64,000 nt of DNA. Origin: an uncultured virus (IMG/VR IMGVR_UViG_3300020189_000007). Taxonomy: Duplodnaviria; Heunggongvirae; Uroviricota; Caudoviricetes. Below are positions 9,832 to 19,899 of this stretch, piece by piece. Below the pieces are notes generated by a model. It did no database searches. It was not told the DNA's origin and saw nothing but the letters and a program-made list of their open reading frames with translations. How positions within the stretch are numbered: the stretch's first letter is position 1; the number at the start of each line of letters is the position of its first letter. The position numbers were made by a program, and so were the translations under genes. Location: the IMG/VR virus record IMGVR_UViG_3300020189_000007; one strand, given 5' to 3'.

Positions 9832-11142
9832 TCAATCTTTAAGTAATTTTCCCAAGTCAATAGCAATACCCTCGGGTGCTTTAAGTCCGAACCTAAAAAC
9901 AGTCTCTCCCTTATTAGGAGTAGATGCGGACATCAATATAATCCTTTTCTCCCTTTTACCTGTAAAGGGGTCTATATCTGTAAATATGGCGGTTGGACCT
10001 GAATTACCTAAATCAGATTGCTTGCCACCAATTGAAGCAGCGGGATTACCGGGAAAACCTGATATCAACTTCGTAGGGTCGGCTCCCATCGCGGCTGCTG
10101 GATACCCATCTTCTTCGGTCGCGATATCATCAAGCACATAACTTTTAGGGTCTCCAGAAGCAACTGCTGCCACTGGGGCTGTTTGAGGACCGCCTCTCGC
10201 AGCAGTAGAAGTATCAAACGATATTTCTGGTGCAGATACCGTTTTGCGAAAAGGAACAGGCATCCCTGGCTCTTGAGCCGCTACTAAGTAAGCGCTTACG
10301 GACATCGCGAAACTATACTTCACAAGGCGCTCTGAATCGGTAAAATCATCGAAGTTGTTTTGTGGACTTAGTGCCGCGTCAACGTAAGCCGTGAATTGAT
10401 AACCTTCTTTTGTCGTCACGACGTAAGTGCGACGGCGATTCTCTATGTATCCGTTCATCATGACTGTCAACATAGAATTCATCTCTTGTGTATACTGCGC
10501 CCAAAATGTAACTTCATAATTTGCAGTGTACTGTTTTATCGGCGGAATCTCTATAAATTCAAAAATATTCTTGTTAACGCTGTTGCTTAGAATAGTACCG
10601 TTTCTTGCTGATACTGATATTGCAGGAGCAACTCTCCTGGTTGCAAGCTGGTCGGGCGTAGTTCCGCCCCCCAAACCAGCGGGAGTGTTGTCATCAGCCG
10701 ATATAGCAATATCACTAGCATTCTTGAACCCATTCTTATTTTGCAATCTTTGGTATATTGGGTCCTCATCAGAGAGCTGTACTTTTACAAGAACAGGTGC
10801 GCCCTGGAATAATCCAGTGCCCTTGGCGCTATCTTGGTCTATACCGGTTCTGACAACTGATATCAGCGGTAAAATTAAGGCGTCACTCTTGTCCCTAAGT
10901 GGTTTGTTTCTTGCAAGTAGTGCGAAGCGTTCACCGGTGGCAAAGATAACAGGGATTTTTTTCTTCGCATCTTTTCTAGAGAAATAAAAGGGTAGCTCTT
11001 TATCAAACAGCTCAAAGACAGCTCTATCGACATCCTCTATGGTACATGACGGCATAGAAAAATCATCAGCGACATCATTTGTATACCCAGAATTGACTTT
11101 CTCTGAAAAGCCTTTCTTATTATTTGTGTATCGAGTAGTCAT
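9832..11142 (-). CDS. Tail terminator / sheath stabiliser (T4 gp15-like)
   Basis: KIPVIFATGERF, LPLISVVRTGI and YEVTFWAQYTQEMN patterns. Position between neck and sheath genes. Confidence 0.6.
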   Translation of the reverse strand: MTTRYTNNKKGFSEKVNSGYTNDVADDFSMPSCTIEDVDRAVFELFDKELPFYFSRKDAKKKIPVIFATGERFALLARNKPLRDKSDALILPLISVVRTGIDQDSAKGTGLFQGAPVLVKVQLSDEDPIYQRLQNKNGFKNASDIAISADDNTPAGLGGGTTPDQLATRRVAPAISVSARNGTILSNSVNKNIFEFIEIPPIKQYTANYEVTFWAQYTQEMNSMLTVMMNGYIENRRRTYVVTTKEGYQFTAYVDAALSPQNNFDDFTDSERLVKYSFAMSVSAYLVAAQEPGMPVPFRKTVSAPEISFDTSTAARGGPQTAPVAAVASGDPKSYVLDDIATEEDGYPAAAMGADPTKLISGFPGNPAASIGGKQSDLGNSGPTAIFTDIDPFTGKREKRIILMSASTPNKGETVFRFGLKAPEGIAIDLGKLLKD

Positions 11143-11144
11143 CT

Positions 11145-11807
11145 CTAATCACCGTAAAATGAGGAGCTAATGTCATCGTCATCACCGCGGGGTGAAACCT
11201 CTCTCGGGCCATCCTCGGGGGCATCAAGCTTACCCTGTTCTTGTAGCGTGCGGACGTCACCAGTTTCGCCAAGCTTGTTTTCGGCCTGACCTCTTTGCTG
11301 AACAAACGTCTCTTGTACTGCATCGTTGTCGCCAATACCTTCGTCAGTAGGCCCGATTGGATCTTTGTCAATGAGACCCTTTCTAGCCTGCTTACCTACG
11401 AGCTGTATTCCTGTCTTATACTCTACCTCGCCATATATTTCTGAAGTGAACGACGTCGTTACTATCTCAAAGAATGTGTCTCCATAAGAAAAGAAGTCGC
11501 CTTCTTTCACTTGTATGTCTTTATCAATCAAATCGCGGTAGTGAATGTACACATTCATCGTAGCTACCTTCTCACTACCAAATCTGTTGGTTGCCGTCTC
11601 TGACGGGTTCCACTCTACTGTCGCGTCGAGCTCTACCGGGGTATCGAAGTGTTTATCTATCGCTTCTTCATATACATCATGGACAGAGGTAACTTCGGTC
11701 ATTACTCTGTAGTAGTATATTTTTTGACCTATGACATCTTTAACAATCTCTTTCGTCAAGTCTGATATCAGAGCTTGTTCTCTCGGCGTTATGAATAAAC
11801 GTGCCAT
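11145..11807 (-). CDS. Neck / head-closure protein (T4 gp14-like)
   Basis: GQKIYYY and EGDFFSYGDTFFEI motifs. Follows the gp13-like gene. Confidence 0.65.
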   Translation of the reverse strand: MARLFITPREQALISDLTKEIVKDVIGQKIYYYRVMTEVTSVHDVYEEAIDKHFDTPVELDATVEWNPSETATNRFGSEKVATMNVYIHYRDLIDKDIQVKEGDFFSYGDTFFEIVTTSFTSEIYGEVEYKTGIQLVGKQARKGLIDKDPIGPTDEGIGDNDAVQETFVQQRGQAENKLGETGDVRTLQEQGKLDAPEDGPREVSPRGDDDDISSSFYGD

Positions 11808-11816
11808 GGCTCCTCG

Positions 11817-12983
11817 CTACTTGATTAGTATTGCTTTGCCTAACGGCATTGGCATAGTCTTTAGCGCTCTTAGAATATTTTCTGCGTCTGTTGCTTGTCC
11901 TTCTAGCAGTTTAGAGTAGGTTAAACTATCTAAGAGCTCTACCATCTGGTCTCGTAAACGTGCTTGATCCTCACGTCCCTGGCTTAACAGATCACTTCCG
12001 TTTAGCGTTAAATCAGAGTTCGGGATTGGAATAGATGAAAACTTTGATCGAACTTGCCCTAACAACTCTGTACAGAGCGCTAAGCAGTATTGTCGGACCC
12101 ATTGGCGGCCCATCGAGTTAACCTTACTATATTCGTACAAGCCGAATGGGATATTCGAGAGGTTCGACGTGCCATAGATTGTTTCATCAGTGACGTCAGG
12201 ATTATATGGATCGGGATTAAAAGCAACTCTAATCCAGAGCTTCTTGTTAGTCATATCCCCTGTTGGTTGTGGGAATATCCTGATCTTACTTCCGACGACC
12301 CTATAAGAGTAGTTTGATTTTCTTACTCTATTTGATATGTCCATCTGACCGGCGCGCAAGACGTCTTCGAACACAGGAAGTACATAAAACACCGTTTCAG
12401 GTGTGAATGACTCAAAGCTAAACTCGTTATTTAGATAATTGACAGCAGACGTGGTATCAAAAAAACGATAAGCAGCTTGAGGATCAAAGTGGAATACCTC
12501 TCTGATTCTCATCTTATTCCTTGGAGTATTCGCGCTGCTGGAAACAATCAGGTTACCTGCATCATCCACCAAGCTCTCGTATATATCGTAGTCTTGCTGG
12601 TTTTCCACCAGTTGGATTGAGCCACTGACATCGTTATAAGAACCACCGATTCCCGACTCCATAGAGTAGGGTTCGGCCATCCTTAAGAGATATTCAAGGT
12701 TCTGCTTAGGGAATAACCCTTGGACGTCGCTCCCAGTGGGATAGCCCAAGTGATTATTTAGTTGAGACTTAGCATCGGCTTCGTTAATGATTCTAGAGTA
12801 TTCTAGAAAACTTTCTTCTAGACACGCCCAAATCTGCTTTTTTGTCAGCTCGACACTAAGAATATCATCGCCTAGTTTTCTTTTTACAAAGGTGACAACA
12901 GAGTCTGCTTCAGACTGAAAGTCTGCATCTGTATCAAAAAAACCAAACGGCGTAGGATTTCTAGTAAACGTAAATGAAGACAT
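11817..12983 (-). CDS. Neck / head-tail adaptor (T4 gp13-like)
   Basis: KRKLGDDILSVELTKKQI and WVRQYCLALCTELLGQVRSKF..IP...LTLNG motifs. Confidence 0.8.
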   Translation of the reverse strand: MSSFTFTRNPTPFGFFDTDADFQSEADSVVTFVKRKLGDDILSVELTKKQIWACLEESFLEYSRIINEADAKSQLNNHLGYPTGSDVQGLFPKQNLEYLLRMAEPYSMESGIGGSYNDVSGSIQLVENQQDYDIYESLVDDAGNLIVSSSANTPRNKMRIREVFHFDPQAAYRFFDTTSAVNYLNNEFSFESFTPETVFYVLPVFEDVLRAGQMDISNRVRKSNYSYRVVGSKIRIFPQPTGDMTNKKLWIRVAFNPDPYNPDVTDETIYGTSNLSNIPFGLYEYSKVNSMGRQWVRQYCLALCTELLGQVRSKFSSIPIPNSDLTLNGSDLLSQGREDQARLRDQMVELLDSLTYSKLLEGQATDAENILRALKTMPMPLGKAILIK

Positions 12984-13062
12984 AACACCACCTCTTTTTA
13001 AGTATTCACCGAGGCGGTGAAATGTCTTTATGAAAGTTATGAATCGAAACGGCGGGGTGCTC

Positions 13063-13383
13063 TTATATACCCAGCCCTGAAATTACGTGCTGTCTAATGC
13101 CCATTCTTTCCAACGCCCTTCTAAGAAGAGCTTTATCGACAACATTTTTGTCAGTTACTGTGGCATTATTTACAGAGCTGGCGAGAGCCGTAGCTGTGGC
13201 AACTTTCGACTCAAGGTTTTCAATTTGAGCTTCAAGTTGCGAAATTCTTGCTTTCAGTTCATTAACAGCTGCGTCACTTGTAGAAGCTGTTGAAGCAGCA
13301 GTTGTAGAGGTCACAGTAGAATCCGCAGTAGTTTTAGAAGAACTTGTCGTTTTTCTAGTTGAAGAGGTTTTTGCAGTAGCCAT
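13063..13383 (-). CDS. Hypothetical protein with Ser/Thr-rich N-terminus and a coiled coil
   Basis: AGGAG SD upstream. Heptad stretch VNELKARISQLEAQIENLESKV. Confidence 0.7.
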   Translation of the reverse strand: MATAKTSSTRKTTSSSKTTADSTVTSTTAASTASTSDAAVNELKARISQLEAQIENLESKVATATALASSVNNATVTDKNVVDKALLRRALERMGIRQHVISGLGI

Positions 13384-13440
13384 AAGTTTCTCCTTTGCAA
13401 AGCAAATTTTATCAATAATAATCGAATCAAAAATAGGTTA

Positions 13441-13493
13441 AAACAAAAACGGGGCCCCCGAAGGGACCCCGCTAAAGTTAATCCGAAGATTAA
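13441..13493 (-). terminator. C(UUCG)G hairpin plus intrinsic terminator after the major capsid gene
   Basis: Minus strand ttaatCTTCGGattaa (13478-13493), then cggggtccCTTCGGgggccccg followed by tttttgtttt. Confidence 0.88.
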
Positions 13494-13498
13494 AGGAC

Positions 13499-15412
13499 TT
13501 AGATAACGTCCATGCCGAGGCAGGTAACGGTACCGTAGAAGTCGTTACGGACCATCTTCTTACCGTAGCGAGTCATGACACCCTTACGCGGGGTGAAGTC
13601 CTCAGGTGCGAAGATCGTCGGAGTAACGATGAGAGGTACGTAAGGAGCGTATACGTAACCAGTCTCAAGGTAGCTACCACCCTTGTAACCAACAAGAATC
13701 TTGTTGCGTGGGAAGTAGGGGTCCTTGTAGACCGTGAAACGGTTGCTCAAGCTACCAACTGCTTCAGCGCCAAGTGACATGGCACCGACCTGTCCGTCAC
13801 CGTCAATGCTAAGGCTTGGACGGTAAAGAACGCTTGCCTCAAGAACCGTGGCAACATCAGGGCTAACAACGATGAAGTTCGCCGAGCCACGAAGGGTCTT
13901 ACGGTGAATCTCGTTAGCAACGTCGATGATGGTCTCAACAAGAGTCTCGTACCACTCACGGACCGTACCAGTGAAGGCAGGTGAAGTGAGCGAGCCAGCG
14001 CTTGTCTGATCGGCACCAGTCTTCTTGTTGACGAAACGACCAGGACGACGGTCCCAGTAGTAGTTGGTATCAGCCTGCATGAGAAGATCGTTGAGGATCT
14101 CACGGTCAATCTCAAGGGCAATCTGCTCGGAGAGGATCTGAGTAAGCTCAACCTCAGCGTCAAGGCTGTGGTAAGCGTTCAAGTCCTGAGCGAGCTCTGG
14201 TGACCAGCGGGCGCGGAGCTTACGAGTCTGAGCAACAACCGAAACACTCTCGATCTTGATATCGATCTCGGGAATCTCTGGAACAGGTGAACCAGGAGTA
14301 CCGGAACCGAAATCAGACTCGAATGTTGGAACAACGAGAGTTGAACCGTCATCAGCGTTGAGAGTCGCTGTCTTCGGGTACGTTAACATGAATGAAGCGG
14401 TGTCATTCATGACAGAGCCTGAACAGACCAGCAATAGAGCAGCGCCAGCTTGTTGAGCTGATGCCATCGGTGCAGGTGAGATCTCGCCCTTGAATGAGCT
14501 TGAACTAACAAGCTGGTTCAGACGACGAATGTTGTAGACACCAGCACCACCCTGGACTGTCTCCGGAATTGGCTGCATGTCATTAAGAGCGGCAGTAAGA
14601 CCAGTTGTACCAGAAAGAACAAGCGCTGCTTCCTTGACTGCTGTTACATCGAAGTCAGCACCAAGCGCGCCCAAGTCGACGGTCATGAAGAAGAACTCGC
14701 CGCTCTCTTCATCAATCAACTGGCTGATCTGGGGATCAAACTGCAGGAAGCGACCGTCAGAACCGGAAGAGGCAAGACCACCGCCTGTAATAACAGCACG
14801 GGTTTGAGAAGCACTACCACCAAGACAGAAAACGCTTGTAGTGACCCCGTCAGCGAGGGTAGTAACGTTCGAGCCGGTGTGAACGCGGCTGTAGCCGCTA
14901 CCAGCAAGGTCGTACTGACCACCTACGCCGAGTGATCCAGAACGGATACCCTTACCAGCCGGGTTGTTGTAAATCGACTGGTTGTTACTGTAGGTGTTCT
15001 TTGTCGAACTACCAATGCCGTCACCCTCACCACCGACGTTTGTGCCGTAAGTGTAGTCAAGGTAGAAGAGCAGACCAGAAGGAAGGCTCATTGGCTGGAT
15101 TGAAACCAACTCGTTAGCAACCAAACCACCGAATACACGACGGACGATTGGGAAAGCGATGTTGGTAAAGCCGCGGATGTCTCCGCTGCCAGCAGCAGGG
15201 TTGAGACCACCGCCGCCAAGTGTTGAGGACTCACGAAGGACCTGTCCTGCTTGGTTCTCGAGTAGCGTTGCCATGTTTTCACGATGGACGCCGTCTAGAC
15301 CACGCAGAAGACCCGTCCGAGACCACTTCTCAGTAAGACGAGCATTTGCCTCGCCCTGATGACGCTGGCGAATTCCTTCGGTAAGCGTCTCTAAAGTGAA
15401 TTTCTTAGACAT
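13499..15412 (-). CDS. Major capsid protein (T4 gp23-like, 637 aa)
   Basis: LLENQ, VSIQPMSLPSGL, TRKLRARWSPELAQDL, EIDREI and YAPYVPL...FTPRKGVMTRYG motifs. AGGAG SD upstream. Confidence 0.95.
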   Translation of the reverse strand: MSKKFTLETLTEGIRQRHQGEANARLTEKWSRTGLLRGLDGVHRENMATLLENQAGQVLRESSTLGGGGLNPAAGSGDIRGFTNIAFPIVRRVFGGLVANELVSIQPMSLPSGLLFYLDYTYGTNVGGEGDGIGSSTKNTYSNNQSIYNNPAGKGIRSGSLGVGGQYDLAGSGYSRVHTGSNVTTLADGVTTSVFCLGGSASQTRAVITGGGLASSGSDGRFLQFDPQISQLIDEESGEFFFMTVDLGALGADFDVTAVKEAALVLSGTTGLTAALNDMQPIPETVQGGAGVYNIRRLNQLVSSSSFKGEISPAPMASAQQAGAALLLVCSGSVMNDTASFMLTYPKTATLNADDGSTLVVPTFESDFGSGTPGSPVPEIPEIDIKIESVSVVAQTRKLRARWSPELAQDLNAYHSLDAEVELTQILSEQIALEIDREILNDLLMQADTNYYWDRRPGRFVNKKTGADQTSAGSLTSPAFTGTVREWYETLVETIIDVANEIHRKTLRGSANFIVVSPDVATVLEASVLYRPSLSIDGDGQVGAMSLGAEAVGSLSNRFTVYKDPYFPRNKILVGYKGGSYLETGYVYAPYVPLIVTPTIFAPEDFTPRKGVMTRYGKKMVRNDFYGTVTCLGMDVI

Positions 15413-15442
15413 TTCATTATCTCCTTTGAATGTTAGCGTCTA

Positions 15443-16960
15443 TTACTTGCTTTTAATACCAGCGAGTCTAGCCCATCGATCAGTCTGTGCCGACTCATTC
15501 AACGTAGCACCACCGCTACGAGTTGGCTTGCTAGAAGATCCAAGAACTCTTCTCGTGCCCTCACTAAGGGACTTCTTGTTAAGTGACTTGGTCAGTCCTT
15601 CATAGACCAACTTAGCCTCTCTCACCGTCTTGGCATTATCAAGAGCCTCGACTATGGCACGCTGCTGCTTAGAACTCACATTACGATTCTGGATCAGCTT
15701 ATTCACATAAAGCAGTTTTGCGTTAAAAAGATTCATTTCATCGAGTTGCTTCTTCAACTCACGGTTTTCGCGGACTACAGCGTTATTTGCACCGGTGCGG
15801 CGACGTGCCGTTCTACGGCGGCGCTCTGCAACTGGACCAGCTGTTGCCTCTGGAGCGGACTCTACATCAGCGACGGAACCAAGCTCATCTGCAAGAGCAT
15901 TAATAAGGTCTTCCTCATCAACCTCCATTACCTCGAGCTCTACCTCACCGCCTCCGAATTGATCTGCTTCCTCTTCGGCTTGCTCTCTAATTGAGCGAAG
16001 TCGACGGATTTCGTTACGAAGCATCGCGGGGTCGATTTCGAAGACTTCATCAAGTTCGTCCTTGTGATCAGCTTCTCCAAGGTCAAGCTCAACTTCTTCT
16101 TCGCCTCCTTCTTCTGCTTCTTCTTCGCCTTCTTCTTCACCTTCGGCTTCTTCTTCGGCTTCTTCTCCACCCTCCATCGCGATATCAATATCAAGGGCGT
16201 CGATATCGGCTTCCTCAGCGTCTTCAACACCAAGTGCCTCTAGATCCTCATCACTGAGAACTAGTTCCATTTCGTCTAATTCGCCGTAACCAGCTTCAAA
16301 TAGTTGGTTGAAGATGGCGCGGCTGCGGGATTTAGTCATGTTATTCATCTCCTTTAATGTTTCGAACAGCTGAAGTCGGACGCCTTGCCCCTCACTCTCA
16401 GAAATAACTATTGCCTCTGAGCGTAAAGTTACGGCTTCCCCCAACAATTTTTCGTATGACTTTTTGATTACAGCGCGTTGCTGGTTAGTAAGAGCACTTG
16501 CATCTATACTCTCCAACAATGCATCCATTCTCCTAACCTTCCCTTGAAGCTTAGCAATTCTGTTAGCCAGCTTATTACTATTGGAAGACGCAGAGTTAGA
16601 ATTATTGATTGCTTCTTTAATGTCTTTGAGATTCTTTTTGACGGTCTCGGTCACGGCGACATTAACATCACCCTGAGCGTTAATAACCACGCTAGCCTCA
16701 ACCTCTGCCTCAATTTCCGCGTCGTCATCCTCGTCAGGTACAACGAGCATTTCAGGGGTGGGCATAGGCATTAGACCGTCATCGTCATCATCTGAATCTA
16801 TAATATCTATATCATCTTGTTCAGACAGTAGTTGCGATTCTACCATTGCTTGGATCCGAGGAGTCAGAGCCTCTATGATTTTATTCTTTGCATTTTGCTC
16901 AGCTAACTCTTTTAGCTGTTGAGCTTCTGCAATCGCTTCTTTATACAACGTTGTTGACAT
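15443..16960 (-). CDS. Prohead core / scaffold protein (gp22-like)
   Basis: Highly acidic and coiled-coil, ending in RWARLAGI. Immediately upstream of the capsid gene. Confidence 0.75.
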   Translation of the reverse strand: MSTTLYKEAIAEAQQLKELAEQNAKNKIIEALTPRIQAMVESQLLSEQDDIDIIDSDDDDDGLMPMPTPEMLVVPDEDDDAEIEAEVEASVVINAQGDVNVAVTETVKKNLKDIKEAINNSNSASSNSNKLANRIAKLQGKVRRMDALLESIDASALTNQQRAVIKKSYEKLLGEAVTLRSEAIVISESEGQGVRLQLFETLKEMNNMTKSRSRAIFNQLFEAGYGELDEMELVLSDEDLEALGVEDAEEADIDALDIDIAMEGGEEAEEEAEGEEEGEEEAEEGGEEEVELDLGEADHKDELDEVFEIDPAMLRNEIRRLRSIREQAEEEADQFGGGEVELEVMEVDEEDLINALADELGSVADVESAPEATAGPVAERRRRTARRRTGANNAVVRENRELKKQLDEMNLFNAKLLYVNKLIQNRNVSSKQQRAIVEALDNAKTVREAKLVYEGLTKSLNKKSLSEGTRRVLGSSSKPTRSGGATLNESAQTDRWARLAGIKSK

Positions 16961-17037
16961 TCCAAAACCTCACAGACAGTGTGTACACATATCCTTAAAT
17001 ATCAATATAAATTGAAGTTAACCTAAAACATTGATAA

Positions 17038-17622
17038 CTATGCTTCTCTCGCGTTGTTTTTAAGTATTGATCTAACAATGCTTCTTACCCTCTCAACATT
17101 GTCTTCATCTGTACTTTCAGCATAGCCATCTTCACTTTTATGAATTATCTCATCAGCAGGAATTGGAGAGTGGCTCCAACCTCTGTACGTTCCAGTACGA
17201 TTATATTGACCCGGGGCGACTAATTTAGGGGAATTTACACCTCCGCCGACCTGCAGTCTTTTTTTATACATTCCAGGAAACGGTACCATTCCTTTTGCGA
17301 CAGCTTCCCCGATGGCAACTCGTGAATTTCCGCCAATTAGATAAAAAGAGTCAGCAGCGCGACCTATTAAGCTATCATGGGAATTGTAAGGAGTAGAGAT
17401 TTTGTTATCTATTTTTTTCGATGTCTCGTAATCTAAGACCGGCTCTTCAAGGTCGTCGAGAGACTCTGGCTCTTCTTCATAAGGGAATGATGAACCCTTT
17501 TGTCGTGGCGCATGAAATTTTTGTTTTGTCGTCGCATAGCCTAAGTCTGTTCGACCATCATGAGAAAGCCCGGGCCGATAACCCAGGCTTCCCGGTGAGT
17601 CTGCTGTAGGCTTCTTTGACAT
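17038..17622 (-). CDS. Hypothetical head-region protein
   Basis: The ORF track starts it at 17640. The ATG at 17622 (MSKKPT) overlaps the upstream stop as TAATG and is the more likely start. Confidence 0.65.
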   Translation of the reverse strand: MSKKPTADSPGSLGYRPGLSHDGRTDLGYATTKQKFHAPRQKGSSFPYEEEPESLDDLEEPVLDYETSKKIDNKISTPYNSHDSLIGRAADSFYLIGGNSRVAIGEAVAKGMVPFPGMYKKRLQVGGGVNSPKLVAPGQYNRTGTYRGWSHSPIPADEIIHKSEDGYAESTDEDNVERVRSIVRSILKNNAREA

Positions 17623-18104
17623 TAAGAGGTACTGCCCCAAGCCTTGCCCATAATGAAGTCACCCAACTTACCTCTTGATTGAGACTCTGATGATGTCTTT
17701 GGCTGTAACTGTGAACCAACACCAGAGCCGGGAACGTTGGACGGTGATTCACCAAAACCATCAGGAGCCTCTGCCTGGTCGGCAGCATTAACACTACCAG
17801 GACCGGGAGATGTTGGGTTGGGAACATAGGGAGACGCGGGAAGTCCGCCACCGCCAGTCTTGACCTCTGCCATATCAGGAGCGCCAGAGTAATCTCTGCT
17901 AAAAGTACCGAAGGTGTGGCCGCCGTCATTGACAGTCCCGTCAATTACTTCATCTTGGAACTGCTGTCGAATGCTTTCAGCTGTCATCTCTCCTTGATGA
18001 ATTGGAGAAGCCGGAAATGCAGACTTGAGACTCGCTGAGTCGGAGGAGCCTTTATCTCTTACAGTCGTTAGCGGGGCTACAGTTTGTTGCTTATGGGTTG
18101 GCAT
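17622..18104 (-). CDS. Hypothetical Gly/Pro/Ser-rich head-region protein
   Basis: 160-aa ORF with GAGGAG SD upstream. Confidence 0.7.
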   Translation of the reverse strand: MPTHKQQTVAPLTTVRDKGSSDSASLKSAFPASPIHQGEMTAESIRQQFQDEVIDGTVNDGGHTFGTFSRDYSGAPDMAEVKTGGGGLPASPYVPNPTSPGPGSVNAADQAEAPDGFGESPSNVPGSGVGSQLQPKTSSESQSRGKLGDFIMGKAWGSTS

Positions 18105-18142
18105 TTGGATTCTCCTCAGTTTTTTGGGTTAAAGTAGAACTA

Positions 18143-18418
18143 TTAGTTCTTACGCTCATTGATTTTTTTCATGAGCCTCTTCTTAGCTGCTTGAACCTTG
18201 GCGTATTTCTTCTTGAGAACGCTTTCTTGAATCTTAAGTGCAGCCATAAAATCGATGTCTTGTTCTAAAGCGTCAGCTAGCTCATCAGCCTCTACTTCAT
18301 CAGCTTTTACCTTCTCAGAGTCTTCTTTGCCCTGCTCAAGGGTTTCCATCAGTTTTGCTTTCTCTTCCATAACCAGCTTCTTTAGTAGAGCCGGGGTCAA
18401 CTTTAAGTTTTTAGCCAT
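18143..18418 (-). CDS. Small charged protein, possible internal head / core protein
   Basis: GGAGG SD and ATACTTA motif upstream. Acidic centre with basic ends. Confidence 0.7.
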   Translation of the reverse strand: MAKNLKLTPALLKKLVMEEKAKLMETLEQGKEDSEKVKADEVEADELADALEQDIDFMAALKIQESVLKKKYAKVQAAKKRLMKKINERKN

Positions 18419-18498
18419 CTTGGTATTCCTCCTGATCGAATGACTGTCGTCTATCTTGTAAGTATTCAGCAGACTTGTTTTTTTCTTGCTGCCGAGAT

Positions 18499-18915
18499 TT
18501 AATCGTTAAACGCGAGGGCTGCCCAATTCCTCGATGCTTCACCAAAAACTTCTTGTGGGTCAGCTTGAGCCATAGCTGCTGTTGCAGCATCACCACCAGA
18601 CTGTGGGCCTAACCTTTCTGCTCTGGATTGCTCAAGCAGAGTCGTCTTTGCAGTGTCTTGAAATATCGCGGCCATCACTGGATCTGACGTTATCTGTGAT
18701 ACATCAAATTGAGGTTGCTCTCGAGCGGGTTGGCTCTTTCCTATCGAGATGTTGTCTAGAGCGGGACGCCGAGAAGTGACAGGGCGAGTTTTCTTTTTAG
18801 GAAGTCTTACTTCTTGTAGCTGCTGACCACTTTCAGCATCTGTTGCTTCTAACAAAATCTCGAACAAGCATTCTTTAACTAGAGATTTTAAATCATTTCT
18901 TGTCATCTTTGCCAT
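18499..18915 (-). CDS. Hypothetical head-region protein
   Basis: 138-aa ORF with AGGAG SD. N-terminal LKSLVKECLFEILLE. Confidence 0.7.
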   Translation of the reverse strand: MAKMTRNDLKSLVKECLFEILLEATDAESGQQLQEVRLPKKKTRPVTSRRPALDNISIGKSQPAREQPQFDVSQITSDPVMAAIFQDTAKTTLLEQSRAERLGPQSGGDAATAAMAQADPQEVFGEASRNWAALAFND

Positions 18916-18925
18916 TCTAAATCTC

Positions 18926-19285
18926 CTATGCCACAGTCCCTAATGTTCGTAATGGTAAAGGCATCTGTTGCGGTTCGATTCCTGTAAGTTCTACGACTGC
19001 TCCGACTGTTGCACCGGCGGTGATATAAAACTTGCTACATCTAACTTCAAACCTGACGGCACCGGCAGGTAAAGCAACCTCAGTATTGACGGCGACACCG
19101 CTTGCATCAACATCGAAAAAGTGAACACTCGCTCCGGCTGCATCAGATATAAAAGTAATCGCTCGTGATACTCTCTGTAGAGTAACTGTGCGGGCGGAGG
19201 AGGCGTCTTCTACAACGAACGGGACACCAGCTAATTGATACTCACCGACACTATTTAATCCCGGTTTTGGCCAACTTGAACTCAT
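18926..19285 (-). CDS. Hypothetical small beta-rich virion protein
   Basis: ATGA overlap with the protease stop. PGLNSVGEYQLAGVPF N-terminus. Confidence 0.65.
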   Translation of the reverse strand: MSSSWPKPGLNSVGEYQLAGVPFVVEDASSARTVTLQRVSRAITFISDAAGASVHFFDVDASGVAVNTEVALPAGAVRFEVRCSKFYITAGATVGAVVELTGIEPQQMPLPLRTLGTVA

Positions 19286-19899
19286 TTGTCATCCCTCCAT
19301 GCTATCACATCATTAAAAGCACGGTGTACTCTATCAGATTTGTTGAATACTTTATTGAGATCGTTACGTCGAACTTCAATACCTTCTTTCATCATAAATG
19401 CCCCCGGAGTTGAAGGCTCTGAAACAAAGTCCCAACAGATCAGTTGAAAATCATCTTGGACAACGTCTACATCTCCATTACGGCGAGTTGAGCCGACGCC
19501 GCGGCTGGAAATACCAAGCGTCACCCCAGACTCCACCAAACTTTGTAGGATCTTCCCAGAAGGAGTGTTTAGAAGTTCTACAACACCATAACAAACGTCA
19601 CCGTCCATGTATGCTTCTCTTACAATGTGAGATGCGTTCTTAAGTTCGACGACTGAGCTATCAGGGTGGTCACATTCACCGAGGGCCCTGTTTTCAGCAA
19701 TGAACTTCTGATAGTTCCTTACTTCTCTCTCAAGAATAACCTTGGGATAAATTCGGCCGTTTTGATTGAGGGTGTCAGACTTCTGGAGAACACCCTTCAT
19801 CACAATCTTGCCGTCGTTGTTTTGCTTGGACTCCTCGATCATCTCTTTAGAGTATTGCCAAGGGCTCCATTCTGTCAAAAGCTTAAGGTTGTCACTCAT
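19282..19899 (-). CDS. Prohead core protease (T4 gp21-like)
   Basis: NQNGRIYP, ALGECDHP, LGISSRGVGS and DFVSEPSTPGAF motifs. Start at 19899 (ATG) or 19902 (GTG). Confidence 0.93.
   Translation of the reverse strand: MSDNLKLLTEWSPWQYSKEMIEESKQNNDGKIVMKGVLQKSDTLNQNGRIYPKVILEREVRNYQKFIAENRALGECDHPDSSVVELKNASHIVREAYMDGDVCYGVVELLNTPSGKILQSLVESGVTLGISSRGVGSTRRNGDVDVVQDDFQLICWDFVSEPSTPGAFMMKEGIEVRRNDLNKVFNKSDRVHRAFNDVIAWRDDK

Noticed and set aside
2941..11142. Multiple sheaths as an extracellular contractile injection system or tailocin
   Set aside because: Capsid, scaffold, protease, portal, terminase and neck genes are adjacent, so this is a complete phage module.
16090..16180. (CTT)n-like repeats in the scaffold gene
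   Set aside because: They simply encode a Glu-rich low-complexity tract typical of scaffold proteins.
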